NCBI GenBank assembly: GCA_965216635.1
Contig: OZ244188.1
Location: 576,001-640,000, forward strand
Length of the DNA: 64,000 nt
Direction: 5' to 3'
From: a bacterium
GTDB lineage: Bacteria; SAR324; XYD2-FULL-50-16; G965216635
Below, piece after piece: positions 57,390-64,000 of this stretch. Each line of letters begins with the position of its first letter. The first letter of the stretch is position 1. The notes beneath the pieces were generated by a model that was given only the letters and a program-made list of their open reading frames with translations, was not told where the DNA came from and ran no database searches. The translations under genes were made by a program, and so were the position numbers.

Positions 57390-58772
57390 TTACACTACAT
57401 TGATATAACTTTGTAACTCAAATCCGTCAATATTTTTTAAAAAAATTTTATTTTCTTGTTTTTTTGTTAAGGCAAATAGCTCTCGTAGGCTATCAGAAAA
57501 TATTTTTTTTACGATGCTTCCTTTTTCAAATTCAAAAATAGCATTTTCCCAATTTTGAGGAATACTAGGTAAATCTAAAGAATAGACTGTTCCAGTTTGC
57601 TCTTTGGGAGGTTGAATTTTTTTTTCTATTCCTTCCAGCGCTGCTCCTAAAATTGCTGCTAATACCAAATAAGGATTACTATCTGCTCCAGCGACTCGGT
57701 GCTCTATTCTTTTACTATTGGTTTTTGGTATTCTAATGGCTGTTGTTCTATTATCGTAGCCCCATGCAATTGCAGAAGGGGAATCCTGTTCTGCGGCTAA
57801 TCTGCGATAAGAATTGAGGTGGGGTGCAAATAAAAGGGTACTTTCGGGCATTGCCTCTAAAAGACCAGCTACCGCATTTTGTAAAATAGGAGATCCGAGA
57901 TCGTTAATAGAAGCAGGCTGGCTTCTATCCAAAACATTGCCCAAAACATTAGAAAACACATTCTGTCCTTTTTCGTCTAATAAACTAAAATGCACATGGC
58001 AACCACTACCAGACCACTCCCCGTGAGGTTTGGCAATAAAGGTTGCAGCTAATGAATGTTTTTGTGCTACACCGCGGACTAGTCTTTTAAAAAGTAGGGT
58101 ATCATCAGCGATTTTAAGACAATCTTTGCTATGGGCAAAATTGATTTCAAATTGAGCAATGCCATCTTCGGATGAAGTGCAGGTGATTTTTATGTTTTGT
58201 TTTTTGCAAGTTTGATAAACATCTTCTAAAAAAAAATCAAAATCGTCCAAATCTTTTATGGAAGACAGATCTGTAGTCAAGGTTCTTTTTTGATTGGGTA
58301 GAAAAGGAGGAGTAAAGTCTTGTCTGTTTGGGTTGTATAGATAAAATTCCAATTCAGTAGCTACAACAGGGGTTAGTTTTTTTTTTTTATAATTGTCTAA
58401 AACTTTTTTTAAAGCCCTTCTAGAATCAGGAGCATTTTCGTCTAACAACCACAAAGGAATAAAAGCAGTGGGGTTTTTATTCCAATCTACAGGCACAAGT
58501 CCTCTTTCTGTAGGCTCGTGCAAAAAATCTTTATCTCCGCTATTGGTTACTAAAGAATTTCCTTCTACAAAATTTCCCCAAATATCTAAAACCGAACAAA
58601 GTGGCATTCCTATTGGTGCGGTTTGTAATTCTTCTATTTTCTCCGCCGAAATTCTTTTACCGCGAAAAATTCCATTGAGGTCACAGATGGCAATTTGTAG
58701 GTTACTAATATTTTTTCCTAGCTGGTTTTCTGCTTCCTTTAGTTGTTTTTGTAAATTCATTTTTAATTTCAA
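57390..58772 (-). CDS. Glutamine synthetase family protein (gamma-glutamyl-polyamine synthetase, PuuA/PauA-like)
   Basis: DLNG.FRGKR, TELEFY, QFEIN, GSGCHVHFS, NSYRR, WG.DNRT, RIEHR.AGAD.NPY; next to a puuB-like gene. Confidence 0.85.
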   Translation of the reverse strand: MKLKMNLQKQLKEAENQLGKNISNLQIAICDLNGIFRGKRISAEKIEELQTAPIGMPLCSVLDIWGNFVEGNSLVTNSGDKDFLHEPTERGLVPVDWNKNPTAFIPLWLLDENAPDSRRALKKVLDNYKKKKLTPVVATELEFYLYNPNRQDFTPPFLPNQKRTLTTDLSSIKDLDDFDFFLEDVYQTCKKQNIKITCTSSEDGIAQFEINFAHSKDCLKIADDTLLFKRLVRGVAQKHSLAATFIAKPHGEWSGSGCHVHFSLLDEKGQNVFSNVLGNVLDRSQPASINDLGSPILQNAVAGLLEAMPESTLLFAPHLNSYRRLAAEQDSPSAIAWGYDNRTTAIRIPKTNSKRIEHRVAGADSNPYLVLAAILGAALEGIEKKIQPPKEQTGTVYSLDLPSIPQNWENAIFEFEKGSIVKKIFSDSLRELFALTKKQENKIFLKNIDGFELQSYINVV

Positions 58773-58924
58773 GAAATATGATTTTTATATAACCCTATTT
58801 GTGTTAAAAAACAAGGATTCTTGATTAATATTTTTTTAAATAAAAAAAAATATGAAAAAATGAAAATTTTTTTATTGACAGTTTTTTTTTTCTATTGCAT
58901 TTATTTTATTTATTTATTTTTTAT

Positions 58925-59791
58925 ATGAATATACTGCAAAAAAAAAAACTTCATCAGTGGATGAACAACTATAGCTTAGAGGTTTCGGCTAAAGAATCCA
59001 CAAAGTTCTTTTCGTTTGAGAGTCCAGTGCCAAAAACTACCAAAATTTATTTTCCGCATATTCAAGGAAAAAATTTTGCAGAAGAGGTAATAAAACCAGC
59101 TCAGATTTTAAGCGAATTAGGCTTTACTCCAGTAGCCCACCTTGCAGCGAGAAATCTTAAAGACGAGGCAGAATTGGAAAGCTGTTTAAAAGCACTGACA
59201 GAAAAAGTCCCTACAAAGGAAATTTTGTTGTTGGGTGGGGGTAACAATCCTCCTGTTGGGACAATCTGTAGTGTTATGGATATGCTAAATACTGGGCTTT
59301 TTGAAAGTTATGGGTTTGAGACTATCGGAGTGGCGGGGCATCCAGAAAAGCATCCTAAAGTTTCTGAAAAAATCCTTTTGGAGGCAATGAAAGAAAAATA
59401 TGATTATACAAAAAAAAATAAGCTGAATTTTTATATTTTAACGCAGTTTTGTTTTGCTATAAAACCTGTTATGGATTGGTTAAAGAAATTAGAAAAGGCT
59501 GGTATTAATCCTCCAATTCGGTTAGGAGTGATGGGAATAGTGGGTATAGTCTCTCTAATTAAATATGCTCTTTATTGTGGTGTAGGAAATTCTTTACAAA
59601 TTGTCAAAAATAAATATAAGAGTATTCATAAAATGGCGAATAAATATTATAACGAAGATTTTTTTTTACCTATGCTAGAAGCACTTGGTGAAAACTATCC
59701 TAATGTGGAAGGTCTACATGTTTTTTCCTTTGGTAGTAGTGAAAAAACAGTAAATTATTTCAAAGGGTGGTTAGAGAAAACCAAAGTCTAG
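58925..59791 (+). CDS. metF: Methylenetetrahydrofolate reductase (short MetF-like family)
   Basis: SLEV, PVAHLAAR, GVAGHPEKHP, LTQFCF, CGVGNS, LHVFSFG. Confidence 0.8.
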   Translation: MNILQKKKLHQWMNNYSLEVSAKESTKFFSFESPVPKTTKIYFPHIQGKNFAEEVIKPAQILSELGFTPVAHLAARNLKDEAELESCLKALTEKVPTKEILLLGGGNNPPVGTICSVMDMLNTGLFESYGFETIGVAGHPEKHPKVSEKILLEAMKEKYDYTKKNKLNFYILTQFCFAIKPVMDWLKKLEKAGINPPIRLGVMGIVGIVSLIKYALYCGVGNSLQIVKNKYKSIHKMANKYYNEDFFLPMLEALGENYPNVEGLHVFSFGSSEKTVNYFKGWLEKTKV

Positions 59792-59825
59792 TTTTACAAA
59801 CAACAAGCTCAACTAATTAAACAAT

Positions 59826-61097
59826 ATGAGTGAATTATTAAAGAAAAGAAGGGTTCCCGCTCCCTTAGTCCAAAGTGGAGATAGTCGTGCAGATAAAGGC
59901 AGTGAAGGAATAGGTGCGGAAGGCTCTCGTATACTGATTGATACTAGAATCAGAAAAGGGCCCTTTTGGCATCTTTCTCAAGAACAGGGTTGCTGGTGTC
60001 ACAGTGTTTATAACAGAATTTATCATCCAAGAGCTTATATTAAGCCTGAAGATGGTGGTTTAATGAAAGAATACGAATATCTAACGCAGCATGTTACTAT
60101 GTGGAATGTTGCTGTAGAGAGGCAAATTCAAGTTAAGGGTGCCGATGCTGCTAAATTTGTAGATATGGTGATTACAAGAAGAGTGAGTGATATTAAACCA
60201 AATTCTTGTCGCTATGTGATTTTGTGTAATCAATATGGCGGGGTTTTAAATGATCCTGTATTATTGAGAGTAGCAGAAGATGAATTTTGGTTTTCCTTGT
60301 CAGATTCTGATATTGGATTTTATTTACAAGGGGTGAATACCTTTGCTAAAATGGATGTGGAGATTCATGAAATTGATGTAGCCCCTGTGCAAATTCAAGG
60401 TCCAAAATCTACTCCTTTGATGGAAAAATTGTTTGAAGGAATAGATATTCCTTACTATGGCTTGATGCACACTGAAATTAAAGGACGCAAATGTGTGATT
60501 AGTCGGACTGGTTTTTCTGCAGAGGCAGGTTATGAAATCTATCTGTATGACGCTCACAAATACGCTGAAGATATGTGGTATGCTGTGCTAGAAGCAGGTA
60601 AAGAATTTAACTTGAAAGTTATTGCTCCAGGACATCACCGCAGAATTGAGGCTGGAATTTTATCTTGGGGTCAGGATATGGATCAAGAAAATAATCCGTT
60701 TGAAATAGGATTAGGTTGGCAAGTGCATTTTGATAAAGAGGATTTCATTGGTAAAGAAGCTCTGCAAAAAATCAAAACAGACGGCGTGACTCATAAACTT
60801 TGCGGAGTGAGAATGGGTGGTAAACAAATTACTTGGTATCCATCGGATTTTTACCATGTGCATGTGGATGGACAGTTAGCAGGTTATATTACTTCTGCTT
60901 GGTATTCTCCAGAGCAAGAATCTAATATTGGATTTGCTTTTATGCCAGTGAAATATACTGAAGTTGGCACAAAATTTAGCGTTACCTTGTCTAAAACTTA
61001 TGCAGATTCTCCAGTAGAAGCAGAGGTAGTAAAAACTCCTTTCAAAAAACCAGATTCTGCTGGGACTGGTTTGTTACAAACGGGAACGAAACTGTAA
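59826..61097 (+). CDS. GcvT-family THF-dependent aminomethyltransferase/demethylase (DmdA-related)
   Basis: WNVAVERQI, NDPVLLR, QIQGPKS, ISRTGFS.E.GYEIY, RRIEAG..SWGQD. Confidence 0.88.
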   Translation: MSELLKKRRVPAPLVQSGDSRADKGSEGIGAEGSRILIDTRIRKGPFWHLSQEQGCWCHSVYNRIYHPRAYIKPEDGGLMKEYEYLTQHVTMWNVAVERQIQVKGADAAKFVDMVITRRVSDIKPNSCRYVILCNQYGGVLNDPVLLRVAEDEFWFSLSDSDIGFYLQGVNTFAKMDVEIHEIDVAPVQIQGPKSTPLMEKLFEGIDIPYYGLMHTEIKGRKCVISRTGFSAEAGYEIYLYDAHKYAEDMWYAVLEAGKEFNLKVIAPGHHRRIEAGILSWGQDMDQENNPFEIGLGWQVHFDKEDFIGKEALQKIKTDGVTHKLCGVRMGGKQITWYPSDFYHVHVDGQLAGYITSAWYSPEQESNIGFAFMPVKYTEVGTKFSVTLSKTYADSPVEAEVVKTPFKKPDSAGTGLLQTGTKL

Positions 61098-61100
61098 AAG

Positions 61101-61184
61101 AAACCTTTGCCTTGGTTAGATAGAACGAGACTTTTGCGTTGGATGATGTCAATGCAAAAGTTTCACTAACCTCGGCAGTGGTTT
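61101..61184 (+). other. Long imperfect stem-loop; candidate structured 3'-UTR/ncRNA
   Basis: Four stacked helices; G-U pairs form only on the + strand. Confidence 0.45.
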
Positions 61185-61204
61185 AAAAGCAAGTCTAAAC
61201 TAGG

Positions 61205-61235
61205 AGGGAGAAATAGCTGTATTTCTTCCTTTTTT
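61205..61235 (+). terminator. Rho-independent terminator
   Basis: AGGGAGAAATA-GCTG-TATTTCTTCCT followed by a T run. Confidence 0.6.
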
Positions 61236-61249
61236 AGAGAAACAAGTTT

Positions 61250-61846
61250 ATGAACCAAATCCTATCTTCTTTGCCGAAAAACCTACCTATACCCCAAGAC
61301 GATAATCTTTGCTGTCATCTTGAAGGAAAGGCAATGCCTGATATTTCTTTGCTCAACTCACAGGGAAAAAGGCAAAAAATTTTCAAAAATTTTTTTTTAA
61401 ATGGTAGGTATGTGTTATATTTTTATCCTATGACTGGTAATCCTAATAAAGCGTTACCTGAAAACTGGGATAAAATTGCAGGAGCCAGAGGATGCACTCC
61501 AGAAACCTTGTCTTTCAAAAAACACCAGAATAAACTAAAGAAACTCAATGCAATTGCTATTGGAATTAGCACACAATTACACACAGAAATCAGAGAAATG
61601 AAGATAAGGTTAGCTATTGAGCATGATGTTTTAAGCGATGCTGATTTAAAGCTCGCCCGTGCCTTGTCTTTGCCTACCTTTTCCATTAAAAATCAAGTAT
61701 TTATTAATCGGCTCACTTTAGTTGTAGAAAATAAAAAAATAAAAAAATGTTTTTATCCTATTTTCCCTCCAGACAAACATATTTTTGAAGTGTTAGATTG
61801 GTTGGAAAAAACTTATGAGAAAAAACTTATGAGAAAAAACTTATGA
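61250..61846 (+). CDS. Peroxiredoxin (BCP/PrxQ-like)
   Basis: YFYPMTG, WD.IAGARGCTPE, GISTQ, LSD, RLTL, FYPIFPPD. Confidence 0.88.
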   Translation: MNQILSSLPKNLPIPQDDNLCCHLEGKAMPDISLLNSQGKRQKIFKNFFLNGRYVLYFYPMTGNPNKALPENWDKIAGARGCTPETLSFKKHQNKLKKLNAIAIGISTQLHTEIREMKIRLAIEHDVLSDADLKLARALSLPTFSIKNQVFINRLTLVVENKKIKKCFYPIFPPDKHIFEVLDWLEKTYEKKLMRKNL

Positions 61847-64000
61847 AAAAAAAATTACGCATTGCATTTATTTTTATTACACTGTTGTTAAGTATTACTG
61901 TTGCACCGATTTTGTTGATTTCTTTTAAAGAAATAAACACCAATATTTTTAATTCCATCATCCAAAAACAGTTTAAGAAATTTATCCCCAATTTAGAGTT
62001 AAAAGTAAAAAGCGTAAAAATTTTCTTAGACCTCAAAAAACTCAATTTACATATAAAAGCAATAGAGCCGCAGATTAGCGATGGAGCCACTGTTGGTGTC
62101 AATAGCATAGCAAGGTTTTATCAAGCAAATACAAGGCTATCTATTCTTGCTTTTTTTCAAAAAAAATTCCCGCTCAATAATGTAGATATTGAATTAAAAA
62201 GAACGGAAATAAGAAGAGTTCTTGTTTTGGTGGGAAAGTTTAGAAAATTCTCTGCCTTACAAGAATTAGAACGTATCATAAAAAGAGGAGATATTAAAGG
62301 AAAACTGCAATTCGTTTTTACCAGTGATGGTAAGATAAAAGATGATTTTATACAGGGTGAAATTCATAATCTTGATGGAAAATGGGGTGATTGGGATCTT
62401 AAAAATGTGGATTCTCATTTTAAAATCCAAAAGAACATATATAATTTGAATATAACCCGAGCAGATTTTTTTGGAATTGATTTAAAAAACAGCAAAATTC
62501 AAATAGAAAAAAAGCAAAAAAATCTAAATATTCAAGCAAGAATTAATGGCAAAGCAAAGATGTTGGATATAAATAATATTTTATCAAAAGTGAAAGGTTT
62601 TAAAAATCCAGAATTTATAAAACTTCGTAACCTATCTTTTGATATTACCAACGAAGTCCATTTTACCTTTTCAACTATTGCGGAAGAATCTAAAAAATTT
62701 AAAAATTTTTCTATTGGTGGAAAAGGAGAAATTTCTTATCTTCATCTAAAAAGTAATTTGAGTGGTGATAATAAAGAAAAACTCCACGAGATTAACAAAA
62801 ATATTCAAGAAAATATAATTTTTAAAAATAATGCAATATCTTTTTTAGCAGCAGAAAAAACTGTGTCTGTTCAGACTAAAGGACTAGTAAATTTTGCCAA
62901 TAAGTATGTAAAATATTCAGCAAAAGTTAAACTGAATCCCAAAAGTAAAAAAACTTCTTTGGCAACCCAATTTGAGAGCCAATTTAATTTAGATCCTTTA
63001 GAGCTAAATATCAAACAACTAAACTACACTAAAAAAAGGAATAGCCCCGCCTCCATTAGATTTTCGGGAAATATCAACAAAGATAAAGAATTACAAATTC
63101 GTTCTTTGAACTATTCTGAGTCAAAAAATAGAATTATTTTAAAAAACTTAAAATTCAATTCAGAATATCAAATAGAAGATTTTACAGAAATATTTTTTAA
63201 AACAAGCAACATAGGTTCAATAAACAATGATATAAAATTCAGTAAAAATAAAGAAATAATTTCTATTCAAGGTGAGGTTGTAGATGTGTCTTTTTTTTTA
63301 AAAGATATTTTAAAAAAAAAAGACAAAAAAGACAAAAAAAAGAATTTACTTAGTGACAAATTTGGAGGAAGTTTCTCAGTTAATCTGGCAAAAATCACCA
63401 ATGGAGCAAACACGGTTATATCGGATATTGAGGTATTAGGAAAATTAGAAAAAAATACAATTCCTCAGCTAAATTCTAAAGCACATTTTTCAGATGGGGA
63501 ATTATTAGCTGTCGCAGTTGAGTCTGATGGAACTAATGGAGAAAAAAAAAAACTTTTAGTTGATATAAGCAATGTTGCTTTATTTATTAATGGTTTGGGT
63601 GTTGTAGAAGATATTTTAAAAAAATTTCAAGAAGGAAAATTAGAGATTCGTGTTCAGCAAGTAGGAGAAGATTTTGAAGGTAGTTTGCAAATGACTGATT
63701 TTCTACTAAAAGAAATACCTGTTGCTGTAAAACTGTTAAACTTGGCGTCTTTGGTAGGAGAAGCGGATACATTAGCCGAGGTAGGCATAAAATTTAATGA
63801 ATTAAAAATAGATTTTCGCACGGAAAACAATCGTATCTATCTTAAAAATATGCATCTTATAAACCCCTCTAATTCATTTTTGTTGGAGGGTTTTATAGAT
63901 AGGGACAAAGATACATTAGATTTAAAAGGGGTCATTGTCCCGTTTGCTGCTTTGAATAAAATTATTGCTTTAATTCCGATATACGGAGATATTTTAGTCG
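61843..64000 (+). CDS. AsmA-like/DUF3971 (YhdP-related) membrane-anchored protein, 3'-truncated by the window end
   Basis: Frame starts at ATG 61843 with an N-terminal TM helix and is still in register at the end (LDLKGVIVP...LNKIIALIPIYGDILV), an AsmA_2-type C-terminus. Absent from the ORF track, presumably because it has no stop in the window. Confidence 0.75.
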   Translation, partial: MKKKLRIAFIFITLLLSITVAPILLISFKEINTNIFNSIIQKQFKKFIPNLELKVKSVKIFLDLKKLNLHIKAIEPQISDGATVGVNSIARFYQANTRLSILAFFQKKFPLNNVDIELKRTEIRRVLVLVGKFRKFSALQELERIIKRGDIKGKLQFVFTSDGKIKDDFIQGEIHNLDGKWGDWDLKNVDSHFKIQKNIYNLNITRADFFGIDLKNSKIQIEKKQKNLNIQARINGKAKMLDINNILSKVKGFKNPEFIKLRNLSFDITNEVHFTFSTIAEESKKFKNFSIGGKGEISYLHLKSNLSGDNKEKLHEINKNIQENIIFKNNAISFLAAEKTVSVQTKGLVNFANKYVKYSAKVKLNPKSKKTSLATQFESQFNLDPLELNIKQLNYTKKRNSPASIRFSGNINKDKELQIRSLNYSESKNRIILKNLKFNSEYQIEDFTEIFFKTSNIGSINNDIKFSKNKEIISIQGEVVDVSFFLKDILKKKDKKDKKKNLLSDKFGGSFSVNLAKITNGANTVISDIEVLGKLEKNTIPQLNSKAHFSDGELLAVAVESDGTNGEKKKLLVDISNVALFINGLGVVEDILKKFQEGKLEIRVQQVGEDFEGSLQMTDFLLKEIPVAVKLLNLASLVGEADTLAEVGIKFNELKIDFRTENNRIYLKNMHLINPSNSFLLEGFIDRDKDTLDLKGVIVPFAALNKIIALIPIYGDILV

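Overview
An AT-rich chromosomal segment from a Gram-negative bacterium. My inference is a deltaproteobacteria/SAR324-like, possibly host-associated organism, with several alphaproteobacterial-type metabolic genes. Most of the window is housekeeping genes: gcvP, a P1B ATPase, cdd, ftsA, murF, murA, argC, a large NAD-GDH, rsgA, rpsF-rpsR-rplI, prmC, polA, birA, infC-rpmI-rplT, three tRNAs, fusA, rpsU, coaX, ftsEX-envC, hisB, puuA/puuB-like, metF and gcvT-like. On top of this is an unusually dense layer of rearrangement. (1) At 19.3-25.1 kb there is a cassette-like array at the 3' end of rsgA. Each unit is bounded by an 87-bp copy of the rsgA tail plus an inside-out palindromic-repeat junction. 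Two units carry divergent pentapeptide-repeat membrane proteins; in the third, a type II R-M pair sits exactly between the leader and the last ~14 codons of a vanished paralogue. No integrase is present. (2) About 18 full or partial copies of a ~140-bp ERIC/RPE-like palindromic element occur, with nested ~100-bp hairpin modules whose stems covary. (3) A duplicated MTase-Mrr fusion has one copy flanked by 12-bp direct repeats. (4) A triplicated membrane coiled-coil gene varies only by whole heptads. (5) In-frame 12-51-bp tandem expansions occur inside essential proteins (MurF, L9, CoaX, and a pentapeptide-like insert in FtsX). (6) A displaced ftsE fragment lies between 103-bp direct repeats. 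I saw no CRISPR array, rRNA, transposase or integrase. All alignments and counts were done by eye.
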